Shown: positions 39,783 to 49,100 of the stretch, in pieces | How the letters are laid out: each line of letters opens with the position of its first letter | Position numbering within the stretch: the stretch's first letter is position 1 | DNA from: Phormidium sp. | GTDB lineage: Bacteria; Cyanobacteriota; Cyanobacteriia; Cyanobacteriales; Aerosakkonemataceae | Reading direction: 5' to 3' | DNA length: 64,000 nt | NCBI GenBank assembly: GCA_051013385.1 | Contig: CP143273.1 | Location: 896,001-960,000, forward strand | The notes under the pieces: generated by a model | The model's input: the letters and a program-made list of their open reading frames with translations, nothing else | Told to the model about the DNA's origin: nothing | Databases searched by the model: none | Made by a program: the position numbers and the translations under genes

Positions 39783-40817
39783 ATGGTATCGACTCTCGAC
39801 GACACCAAACGCATTGCTATTGCTAGTAAATTAGCAGACATGAAAGCTATCCAAAACTTAATCATCAGCAATGAGCAAATGCTGCTGAATGCTTGCGGAG
39901 ATCAAGAAATCTGCAATAGAGTGCGGGATATGCTGAATGATGACCAGAAAAATATGGGGGTTTTAGAAACAGTAATTGTTCAATACGGTGTCAAAGCAGA
40001 GCCGAAACAAACGACTCAAGAACTGATTGAAAAAACTGAAAAAATGATGCAAGGTTCTGAGTTAAGTCTGTTTGAAAAGTTCTCTCAGCATGAACTTTTG
40101 AAACACGCCCAAGTAATGAAAGGGTTGTTAGTTCATAAAGCAGCACAAGTTGTGGGTGCTGATATTGAAGCGGCAATTACTCCTTTAAATACCGTCAATT
40201 TTGAAAATCGGGCGCACCAAGAACAATTGAAAGGTATTTTAGAAATTTTGGGCGTGCGGGAACTGACTGGAAAAGATCCCGATCAAGGTATTTGGGCGAG
40301 AGTTCAAGATGCGGTTGCTGCTTTCTCTGGTGTTGCTGGTAGCGTGCTCACCCAAAATTCTGGGATGTCCGATATGACAATTGAGCAAATCATTCGGATG
40401 GATCATGCCAAAGCTAACACCTTGTTCATGGAAATTGAAGGTGCTAAAGATCCCCAAAAAGCGCAAGAATTCTTTGGTCAACTTTACAAAGATTTGACCG
40501 CGCACGCTAAGGCGGAAGAACAAGTTGTTTACCCAGCAATACGTCCTTATTACCAAAAGACACAAGATTTGTATCAAGAGCAAGCTGAACAAGAAAGAAT
40601 GCTCAATCAAATTAAGTCTTTGAATCCTGCTTCACCTATGTTCAAAGATCAAGTTAAGCAGTTAGCACAGATGACTCGCCATCACATTAATCAAGAAGAA
40701 AACGAAATGTTCCCCAAAATTCGGGATAATTTCAGCAGCGCTCAACAGCAACAAATGGCGAGTGAGTTCAAAGCTGCTAAGAGCAAATTGCAAGACCAAA
40801 TGGCTTCTATGAAGTAA
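39783..40817 (+). CDS. Ferritin-like plus hemerythrin (HHE) domain protein
   Basis: RMDH, HAKAEEQVVYP, HHINQEENEMFP; N-terminal HELLKH..ENRAHQEQL. Confidence 0.8.
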   Translation: MVSTLDDTKRIAIASKLADMKAIQNLIISNEQMLLNACGDQEICNRVRDMLNDDQKNMGVLETVIVQYGVKAEPKQTTQELIEKTEKMMQGSELSLFEKFSQHELLKHAQVMKGLLVHKAAQVVGADIEAAITPLNTVNFENRAHQEQLKGILEILGVRELTGKDPDQGIWARVQDAVAAFSGVAGSVLTQNSGMSDMTIEQIIRMDHAKANTLFMEIEGAKDPQKAQEFFGQLYKDLTAHAKAEEQVVYPAIRPYYQKTQDLYQEQAEQERMLNQIKSLNPASPMFKDQVKQLAQMTRHHINQEENEMFPKIRDNFSSAQQQQMASEFKAAKSKLQDQMASMK

Positions 40818-40848
40818 TTTGAGCCAGCTACACACCAAGCTAAGTTAA

Positions 40849-40883
40849 ATCTAGAGGCTTAATTTAATAGCCTCTAGATTTTT
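40849..40883 (+). terminator. Intrinsic terminator
   Basis: ATCTAGAGGCT..AGCCTCTAGAT followed by a T-run. Confidence 0.65.
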
Positions 40884-41054
40884 GTGGCGTTTTGTCATTA
40901 GTAATTTGAGGGAATTTATCTAATAATTTAGAAATATTTATTTCCGGCTAATTGGCATTTTTGATCGGTCGAGAGATGGATGAATTAAGTATAAATTGTG
41001 TGACATTCTCAAGGTATGGACTAATTCCATAATTAATGAGAAAGGAAACACGAG

Positions 41055-42101
41055 ATGGTAAGAAGTTTAGATGATGTAAAGCGTTCTGCTATTGCTATGG
41101 AATTGGCAGATATGGCAGAGCTTCAAAAGTTGTTGATTGCTAATGAGGAAAAGTTTATTTCCGAAATTTCTGACCCAGATATTCGCGATCGCTTCCAAAA
41201 AATGCTGGCTGACGATCAGAAGAATATGGGCGTTTTAGAAACAGTCATGGTGCAGTATGGTGTCAAAGGCGAACCCCGTGATATCACCAAGCAAATGATT
41301 GAGCAAGTTCAGCAATTAATGAACGGTTCGGAATTAAAATTATTCCAAAAAGTAGGACAGCACGAACTATTAAAGCATAAGCAAGTAATGTGTGGACTTT
41401 TAGTTCACAAATGCTCGCAAGTTGTGGGTGCTGATGTTGCAGTTGCGATCGGACCTTTAAACACTATTAACTTTGAAAATCGTGCTCATCAAGAACAACT
41501 CAAAGGAGTAATTGAGCTTCTTGGTACTCGCGAATTAACTGGCAAAGAACCCCAACAAGGAGTTTGGGGAAGAGTGCAAGATGCAGTCGCCGCTTTATCA
41601 GGCGTATTTGGTAGCGCCGTTACCCAAAACTCTGATAAACAAGACATGGACATCCGCGATTTAATCAGATTAGATCACAATAAGGTGAACACAATTTTCA
41701 CCGAAATGGGTGCGACTGAAGATGTTCCTAAATTGGAAGAATTATTCGGTCAAATGTACAAAGACTTGTTAGCGCACGCCAAAGCTGAAGAACAAGTTGT
41801 TTATCCAAAAGTTCGCTCTTTCTACGGTGATGACAACACCCAAGAACTGTTTGATGAACAAGCAGAAATGGAGCGAATGTTGAATGAAATTAAGTCAATT
41901 AGTCCGGCGGATTCTCAGTTCAAAGAAAAAATTAAGCAACTGATGGACGTAATTGGCGATCACATTCGTCAGGAAGAAAGCACCATGTTTGCAGCTATTG
42001 GCGATAATTACAGCGAACAAGAACGCGAACAATTAGCTAGCGAATTCAAATCAGCTAAGAGCAAGATTCAAGATGAAATGGCTGCTTCCATGAAGAAGTA
42101 A
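41055..42101 (+). CDS. Ferritin-like plus hemerythrin domain protein (paralog)
   Basis: Co-linear with 39783-40817; RLDH, HAKAEEQVVYP, HIRQEESTMF. Confidence 0.8.
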   Translation: MVRSLDDVKRSAIAMELADMAELQKLLIANEEKFISEISDPDIRDRFQKMLADDQKNMGVLETVMVQYGVKGEPRDITKQMIEQVQQLMNGSELKLFQKVGQHELLKHKQVMCGLLVHKCSQVVGADVAVAIGPLNTINFENRAHQEQLKGVIELLGTRELTGKEPQQGVWGRVQDAVAALSGVFGSAVTQNSDKQDMDIRDLIRLDHNKVNTIFTEMGATEDVPKLEELFGQMYKDLLAHAKAEEQVVYPKVRSFYGDDNTQELFDEQAEMERMLNEIKSISPADSQFKEKIKQLMDVIGDHIRQEESTMFAAIGDNYSEQEREQLASEFKSAKSKIQDEMAASMKK

Positions 42102-42147
42102 TTAATTGCTCATTTAACAATTTGGTTTTCCCACCATTTCTTTGTTA

Positions 42148-42260
42148 CTCAGATCTTTCAGCAATGGAGGTAGAACCTCCTTTCACCTCGTTCCCAGGTT
42201 GAACCTGGGAACGAGAAACAACGAGAAAGAGAGGCTCCGCTCAGGAGTGCAAGATCTCAG
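42148..42260 (+). mobile_element. MITE with 5-bp target-site duplication
   Basis: CTCAGATCTTTCAGC..GAGTGCAAGATCTCAG flanked by TGTTA at 42143-42147 and 42261-42265. Confidence 0.8.
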
Positions 42261-42311
42261 TGTTAGGTGGTGGGATTTTTGTTAATACTTTATTTTCCCG
42301 GAGAAACGGCA

Positions 42312-42764
42312 ATGAATGTTATTGAATTAATCAAATCCGATCATCGCAAAGTCGAGTCTTTGTTCTCCGAAATGGAGAAGGCTAAAAGCTCTAAAAAAAT
42401 GCAGGAGTTGTTTGACCAAATTTACACTGAGTTAACTTTACACGCGAAAGTTGAAGAATTAACTCTCTACCCAAGTATGCGGAATTACGATGAAACTCAT
42501 GACATGGTAGAGGAAGCTGAAGAGGAACATACAGAAGCTAAGGTACTATTGGAAGAAATTAAATCTATGAGTCCTAGCGATCCTGATTTTAAAGCTAAAA
42601 TTGAGGAGTTAAAAGAGGCTGTTCAGCATCACGTTGAGGAAGAAGAAAACGAAATTTTACCTTCTGTCAGTGATAGCATGGATGAACAAGAAATGAAGGA
42701 ACTCGGTAAGGAGTTTCAAGAAGCTAAAAGCAAGTTAGAAACAGAGATTTCTGCTGCTAGTTAA
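42312..42764 (+). CDS. Hemerythrin (HHE) domain protein
   Basis: KSDHRKV, HAKVEELTLYP, EEEH, HHVEEEENEILP; ATG 42312 has a GGAG RBS. Confidence 0.85.
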   Translation: MNVIELIKSDHRKVESLFSEMEKAKSSKKMQELFDQIYTELTLHAKVEELTLYPSMRNYDETHDMVEEAEEEHTEAKVLLEEIKSMSPSDPDFKAKIEELKEAVQHHVEEEENEILPSVSDSMDEQEMKELGKEFQEAKSKLETEISAAS

Positions 42765-42938
42765 TTAATGCCTCACAAACCCGGTTTCTTCAAGAAACCG
42801 GGTTTGTTTGCTTTGCAATACACCCAAGAAACCGGGTTTCTTTGCTTTGTGCCTGCGACTGAAAGGTGCGTTAGCGAAAGCGTAACGCAACCTACAAACA
42901 ATATTCAACAAGTAGGAGAAATTGAGAGTTAAATTAGT

Positions 42939-43799
42939 TTAAGCGTTGACTACTTCGCCGCCATTGGGATGTAAGATTTGACCAGACATATAAGAAGAAT
43001 CATCTGATGCTAAAAATACATAGCAAGGGGCGATTTCTTCTGGTTGTCCAGCGCGTTGCATTGGTACTTGTTTCCCAAAAGTGGCAACTTTATCTTCTGG
43101 GAAAGTTGCGGGAATTAATGGTGTCCAAATTGGGCCAGGTGCGACACCGTTAACGCGAATTTTCTTTTCAACTAGGGATTGAGAAAGCGATCGCGTAAAG
43201 GCAACAATTGCTCCTTTAGTTGAGGAGTAATCTAGCAATTGTTGATTACCTTTATAAGCGGTAACGGAAGTAGTGTTAATGATGGCGCTGCCTTCTTTGA
43301 GATGCTTCAGAGCAGCTTTGGATAGGTAAAACATTGAGAAAATATTGGTGCGGAAAGTGCGTTCCAACTGTTCTGCGGTAATATCTTCTATGCTTTGTTG
43401 CGGATGTTGTTCAGCAGCATTATTAACCAAAATATCGAGTTTTCCTAACTCATCAACTGTCTTTTGTACTGCTGCTTGGCAGAACTTTTCATCGCCGATA
43501 TCACCTGCTAGAGTTATACACTTACGACCTTCTTGTTCTACTAATCTTTTTGTTTCGTTAGCGTCATCATGTTCGTTCAAATAGGCGATCGCCACATCTG
43601 CACCTTCTTTGGCAAAAAAGATCGCCACTGCACGACCAATTCCACTATCACCACCAGTAATTAAAGCTACCTTATTGCGTAACTTTCCACTACCCTGATA
43701 TTTGGCATCATCTGATTTTGGTTTCGGAGTCATTTCTGACTCAATACCTGGTTGTTGATTCTGATGTTGCGGTGGTTGTAATTGTTCCTTCGTTTGCAT
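42939..43799 (-). CDS. SDR oxidoreductase (general stress protein YhdF/YdaD type)
   Basis: PPQHQ..PGIE, TGGDSGIG, NNAA, YSSTK. Confidence 0.9.
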   Translation of the reverse strand: MQTKEQLQPPQHQNQQPGIESEMTPKPKSDDAKYQGSGKLRNKVALITGGDSGIGRAVAIFFAKEGADVAIAYLNEHDDANETKRLVEQEGRKCITLAGDIGDEKFCQAAVQKTVDELGKLDILVNNAAEQHPQQSIEDITAEQLERTFRTNIFSMFYLSKAALKHLKEGSAIINTTSVTAYKGNQQLLDYSSTKGAIVAFTRSLSQSLVEKKIRVNGVAPGPIWTPLIPATFPEDKVATFGKQVPMQRAGQPEEIAPCYVFLASDDSSYMSGQILHPNGGEVVNA

Positions 43800-44189
43800 A
43801 CTATTCTCCTAGAGAATCCTGAAAAATTTGCACCCTAAATTGACAGCAACCCAAAACTAAGATTGTGCATTTTAAACTTGGAAAATAACCTACTAATTAC
43901 TAGTTTTATAGAGCGTTTATTACTTGCGATCGCTCTGAGGGAAACTTTAATTTCCTCACAAGTAGTAACTAAGTGGAGGAAGCGACAAAAACTCCACACC
44001 GCCCGTTAATCTTTGGCATTTTTACACCGTTTGTACATCTGCCGTCGCTCTCCTTCGATGTACAATAATGGGACACAGCGACAAAACTCCCATCCGATGC
44101 AAAATTCTGCACTCTCAGCTATGCTTCAGGTTAACAACTACCAATTTTTGCTTTATCAACCTACAGGTAGAAAACGCCAAAACTCTAAC

Positions 44190-45734
44190 TCAACCTTTGG
44201 TTGCATTACTAGTAGGAAGAGGTTTTTGATTTAAATCAGTAATTGGCGGGCCATTTAACACTTCACCCGTAGTACTAAAACGTCCTCCGTGACAAGGACA
44301 ATCCCAGGTTTTCTCCGCATTGTTCCAGTTAACAATACAACCAGCATGAGTACAAACAGGTGATAAAGAACACAAATTACCTCTTTCATCGCGGTAAACT
44401 GCATATTTCTTACCATCAATGTCCAGAATTTTTCCTTCTCCTACTGGAACTTCTGAAAGTTCTTTAACATCAGATCTAAACCTGTCAGCAATAAAATGTT
44501 TGGCGACACCCAAATTTTCCGTAACGAATCTTTGTACACCAGCTAAAAGATTTGCCCGGTTAGGATCGTAAACTTTACTCCAAGGATTTTCTCGACCTAA
44601 AATTAAGTCACTCAATAACATTCCGCCAATAGTACCGAAAGTCATGCCATTACCTGAATAACCAGTAGCAACATAAATGTTGTTGCTAGCAGCAGTTTTA
44701 CCAATGTAAGGCAAACCATCTGCGGGTTCATAATATTGAGATGACCAGTGATAATCGATCGACTCTACATCATAACGAGCTTTTACGTAAGTTTCTAACT
44801 CTTCGTAACACTGCTGATTATTGACTTCTTCTCCGGTTTTGTGATCTTCACCTCCAACAATTAAAATGTTTCCGTAACTGCGGGTGTAATGATAAGGTGA
44901 ATCTGTGTCCCAAAATAGCCCTACTGGTACTGGAGAACGCAATTTTACCCCAATTACATAAGAACGATAAGGGGCAATTTTGGTTGACATTACATATAAA
45001 TCTGGCAGACTTGAAAGGTTATGAATTGGTGTGTGAGTGGCAAGAATTACATTTTTTGCCGCTACTATTCCATGTTCAGTGTAAACATCATTAACCGGAT
45101 TATTTTTGATGTTAGTCACAGGCGTTTCTTCAAAAACAAAACTGCCGTAACTATTCACAGTTTTTGCTAATCCTTGTAAATATTGCAGGGAATTAAACTG
45201 TGCTTGATTGGGAAATAACAGTCCAGCTTTTACGGAAATTGGTAAGGGTACATCAGTAGTTAAGGAAGTGTTGATACCTAATTTCTGTGTTGCTTCTGCT
45301 TCTTGTTCTATTTCAGAAACGTCTTGAGTATTTTCGGTGTAAAGATAACCTGGTACTCTTTGAAAGTCGCAATCAATGTTTTCTTGGGTGACAAAATCGG
45401 CAATGCGATCGATCGCCGCCCGACTAGATTCCGCTACTAATTTTGCATCCTTCTCCCCCAAAGAAGAAATCATACTTTTGTAGCGTTCATCAGCAGCTTC
45501 GGTGATATGTGCAGTTGTATATCCAGTCACACCACTGCCGATTTTTCCTGCTTCTAAAACTGCCACAGTTAACCCTGCACGCTTCAACAATAAAGCAGCT
45601 GTTAACCCAGTAATTCCCCCACCAACTATAGCGACATCCACAGAAATGTTACCGCCTAAAGGAGGGAAATTTGTAGTTTCTGTGGTATCCATCCAAACAG
45701 ATACAGAGGTTCCTGGTAAATTCATTTGTTTCAT
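44190..45734 (-). CDS. FAD-dependent oxidoreductase with C-terminal Rieske domain (YhfW-like)
   Basis: VGGGITG; CTHAGC..WDCPCHGGRF. Confidence 0.9.
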   Translation of the reverse strand: MKQMNLPGTSVSVWMDTTETTNFPPLGGNISVDVAIVGGGITGLTAALLLKRAGLTVAVLEAGKIGSGVTGYTTAHITEAADERYKSMISSLGEKDAKLVAESSRAAIDRIADFVTQENIDCDFQRVPGYLYTENTQDVSEIEQEAEATQKLGINTSLTTDVPLPISVKAGLLFPNQAQFNSLQYLQGLAKTVNSYGSFVFEETPVTNIKNNPVNDVYTEHGIVAAKNVILATHTPIHNLSSLPDLYVMSTKIAPYRSYVIGVKLRSPVPVGLFWDTDSPYHYTRSYGNILIVGGEDHKTGEEVNNQQCYEELETYVKARYDVESIDYHWSSQYYEPADGLPYIGKTAASNNIYVATGYSGNGMTFGTIGGMLLSDLILGRENPWSKVYDPNRANLLAGVQRFVTENLGVAKHFIADRFRSDVKELSEVPVGEGKILDIDGKKYAVYRDERGNLCSLSPVCTHAGCIVNWNNAEKTWDCPCHGGRFSTTGEVLNGPPITDLNQKPLPTSNATKG

Positions 45735-45874
45735 CCCAATATGTAAATTAGTCCTGTATCTGTGATAACGTTTATCCTGCTAAATAAGGATCGGTTAATA
45801 GGAAGAGAAACAATCTATCTTTTCGCAGATGTTGACTTGAAAGCAAAAATTATTTTGACAAATATATGTCAATT

Positions 45875-47383
45875 TTAAGTTAGTAATTCGGTATTTTCTT
45901 GAGCAGAAACTAAAGTATTGGCGCATAAAATACCGGAAGCAGCAACAGCGGGAACACCGATTCCCGGTAAAGTACTATCGCCAACGCGATATAATCCGGG
46001 AATAGGAGTATTGAAACTGGGAAATGTGCCTTTACCTGCGGCAATTGCAGGGCCATAAGTTCCCTGATATCGTCGTAAGTAATAGCTGTGAGTTAGGGGT
46101 GTGCCAATTAATTCTAAAACTATGCGATCGCGCAGGTCGGGAATGATTTTTTCTAAAGCGGAGAATAGGGATTGCGATCGCTCTTTTTTCCTCTGCAAAT
46201 AACCCTCATCTTTCTGCCAATTTGCGTAAGGTTCCAAAGTGTAAGCATGAACCAGATGATGTCCCTCTGGCGCTAAACTAGCATCCCAAACAGAAGGAAT
46301 AGAAATCATACAAGTATTCCCAGGTTCAGTAATATCTTTGTTGCGATCGTGAACAACCACATGATGCCCAGTTAAATTTTCTAAACCTGCTGCACGAATC
46401 CCCAAATGTAAGTGCATAAAGCTATCAACCGCCGGAGTTTGTAGGGATTTTTGCCGATAATCTGCTGGTAAATCTTCAGGACGCAATAACTTAGTGTAAG
46501 TATCCCAAATCGTCGCGTTAGAAATTACAATTCCTGCTTTAATCACTTCCCCATTTCGCAACTTAACGCCGCAAACTTTACCCGATTCTAAAAGTATTTG
46601 CTCAACATGAGCATTTAATTTAATTTGACCGCCCCAGCGTTCTAAACCTCTGACCAAAGCATCAACAATTGCCCCACTTCCGCCAATAGGATAATCAACC
46701 CCAATATTGTTTCTTTCTCCTAACATAAAAGCGACTTCTGGGGCGATCGTTCCTTCAGCTTTTAACCCAGAAAGTAAAAAGCATTCTAAATCAATTAATC
46801 TTCTCACCCAAGGATCTTTTACTTCTTGATTCATTACCTGACCAACGGAACCTTGAATAATTCCTAAATGGGGTAACAATTTGAATAGAGAAGGTAAATA
46901 TTTGACCAATAAAACCGGAATCATTTGTAAATCTGCCCTTAAAGCTATGGTTGGGATATCTTTTAAAGCTTCATAGAGAGATAACAAACGTTTTTCAAAT
47001 CTGGAGAGTTCGATCGCACCTTGCGGCGTAATTTTTGCTAATTCCTCTCGATAACGTTCCGAGTTACTATAAACCGGAAAAGTGCATTCAGGAAAATGAT
47101 AATGCCCTAAAGGATCGTAACTAATTGTCGGCAAAGATTCACCTAAAACCGCTAAAACTTGCCTTAAAGGATTCAGACTTTTTGGGTTATTTAAACCACA
47201 ATAAAAAGATGGGCCAGAATCAAAATGAAAACCTTTTCTGGTGAAACTGTGCGCTGCGCCGCCCGCTATGGCGTGACTTTCACAAATTAGGACTTTTTTG
47301 CCGTAACGTGCCAGTAAAGCGGCTGCGGTTAACCCGCCAATGCCACTACCGATTACGATTACATCTAATTGCTGTTGCTGCAT
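45875..47383 (-). CDS. Phytoene dehydrogenase/carotenoid isomerase-family FAD oxidoreductase
   Basis: VIGSGIGGL, FDSGPS, GTPLTH, GDSTLPGIGVPAVAASG. Confidence 0.85.
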   Translation of the reverse strand: MQQQQLDVIVIGSGIGGLTAAALLARYGKKVLICESHAIAGGAAHSFTRKGFHFDSGPSFYCGLNNPKSLNPLRQVLAVLGESLPTISYDPLGHYHFPECTFPVYSNSERYREELAKITPQGAIELSRFEKRLLSLYEALKDIPTIALRADLQMIPVLLVKYLPSLFKLLPHLGIIQGSVGQVMNQEVKDPWVRRLIDLECFLLSGLKAEGTIAPEVAFMLGERNNIGVDYPIGGSGAIVDALVRGLERWGGQIKLNAHVEQILLESGKVCGVKLRNGEVIKAGIVISNATIWDTYTKLLRPEDLPADYRQKSLQTPAVDSFMHLHLGIRAAGLENLTGHHVVVHDRNKDITEPGNTCMISIPSVWDASLAPEGHHLVHAYTLEPYANWQKDEGYLQRKKERSQSLFSALEKIIPDLRDRIVLELIGTPLTHSYYLRRYQGTYGPAIAAGKGTFPSFNTPIPGLYRVGDSTLPGIGVPAVAASGILCANTLVSAQENTELLT

Positions 47384-47506
47384 ATCCTATCACTTACAGA
47401 GGTACGTTGTTGCGCTTTAGCGCTAATAAGAGCGCTAAAGCGCAACAACGTACTTAGAAAATCCTTTAAGTATTATAAAATAATTAACAGCTTATTGGTT
47501 AACTGG

Positions 47507-48367
47507 TTAAAGTTTAATTGTGGAAACAATCCAACTAATTCCATCAATTAAATAGTAGGCTCCGATTAATATTAAAGCCAAACTACCAAGGTGAGTAATT
47601 TTTTCGGAATATTGCAATAAACCGCGAGTTTGTTTTGCTAAACCTGCGAACAAACTGGCGAAGAAAATTACTGCTGTGTAACCTATGGCATAAAAAACCA
47701 TTGCTAAAGTTGTTTGCAATTGTGAACCTGTAGCAGAGGAAGCAGCTAATACAGCAAACATGATCGGACTAGTGCAAGGAGAACTGACTAAAGCGAAGGT
47801 TAAACCCACACCATAAGACCCAGCAATGGGAATATTAAAGTTAGTTTGGGGCAATGGTAAGCGGATAATTCCTAATAGGGAAAGTGCCATTAAAATAATG
47901 AACAATCCCACAGATAACTGGACAAAACCTCGATATTTAAGTAAAATAATTGTGGCAAAAGAAGATAGTATCCCAAATAAACTGAGCATTGTTACTACAC
48001 CTAAAACAAATGCTCCGGCTTTGGTAAAAGCATCCCAGCGAGAGTTAATTTCACGGGTGCCAATGTAGCTGAGATTGATGGGAAGTAAGGAGAGAATGCA
48101 AGGAGAAATACTGGCAATTAAACCGCCAGCAAATGAGAGGGAAAATAAAATTAGGGGATTATTAGTATTTTGTTCGCTGAACCATTGCTGATAGCGATCG
48201 CCTATTCCGAAAACAAAATTGTCGATCGCTGCTGATATGCCATTTTCACTAAATAATTTACTGGCTAAGATTACTAGAATAGTGACCCCGAACAACGATC
48301 CAAATAAGAACCAACCAGAAAATTTAGGTTTAGTCAATTTTTCCGTAAACCATTTGCTGAGAGTCAT
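47507..48367 (-). CDS. CcdA/DsbD-type transmembrane electron transporter
   Basis: SISPCILSLLP and SSPCTSP Cys motifs; multiple TM segments. Confidence 0.85.
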   Translation of the reverse strand: MTLSKWFTEKLTKPKFSGWFLFGSLFGVTILVILASKLFSENGISAAIDNFVFGIGDRYQQWFSEQNTNNPLILFSLSFAGGLIASISPCILSLLPINLSYIGTREINSRWDAFTKAGAFVLGVVTMLSLFGILSSFATIILLKYRGFVQLSVGLFIILMALSLLGIIRLPLPQTNFNIPIAGSYGVGLTFALVSSPCTSPIMFAVLAASSATGSQLQTTLAMVFYAIGYTAVIFFASLFAGLAKQTRGLLQYSEKITHLGSLALILIGAYYLIDGISWIVSTIKL

Positions 48368-48370
48368 ATA

Positions 48371-48916
48371 TTAATTTCCTGAAGTCTTAAAGTTGCGAGG
48401 GCCAGAATAACCAGAAATATCAGCGAGTTCTTTTAAGGGAATACCACCTTCATATAATTTCCCATTAATTTGCCAGGTTGGTAAAGCTCTAATATTGGTT
48501 TTGTCGCAAAGTTCAGTTTGAGGGTTTTTCCCACGCGGATCGCATTCAACACGAATATTTGCTTTAATAATTTTGTCGCCTTCGGTGCCAAATTGTCGCT
48601 CTTGCCAATTACAAACGGTACACCAAAAAGCAGCGTACATTTTCGCACCTTTTTGTTTTAAATGATTTGCCAAAGCAACTTCTGGAATCACATTTGAATT
48701 CGCAGAATTTGCAGGAGATGCAGGTTTTTTAGTAGGAACTGATTTAGTTGTAGCTGAGATTGTTGGAGTTGCAGTTGGCGCTGTTTGAGCTTCTACTTTT
48801 TGGGACTCATTAGTGGAAGAACAACTAGAAACAAGCGCTACGGAAGCGACAATCGCTGTAGGTAGGCTAATTTTGACAAATTGCATGATTGTCATTGGTT
48901 TCATAGAGTTTGGCAA
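48371..48916 (-). CDS. Thioredoxin-like lipoprotein
   Basis: Lipobox LVSSC; MYAAFWCTVC (CxxC); VECD..LC..PTWQING; start likely a downstream Met. Confidence 0.75.
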   Translation of the reverse strand: MPNSMKPMTIMQFVKISLPTAIVASVALVSSCSSTNESQKVEAQTAPTATPTISATTKSVPTKKPASPANSANSNVIPEVALANHLKQKGAKMYAAFWCTVCNWQERQFGTEGDKIIKANIRVECDPRGKNPQTELCDKTNIRALPTWQINGKLYEGGIPLKELADISGYSGPRNFKTSGN

Positions 48917-49100
48917 ATAGGATGAGCAGAAAAATCAGCAGTTATTATATGATTAATTTTCCAGCTTACAGCAGTTTTCCCACAGATCTACCTGTTTTAC
49001 ACATTTTTCCGAGTTTTTTTTTCAAAATCAGGAATCATTTTAAATTTATCAGGCGATCGCTCTATGATCGAAAGATGGAGAAAGTTCTTTAGCTTAAGTC

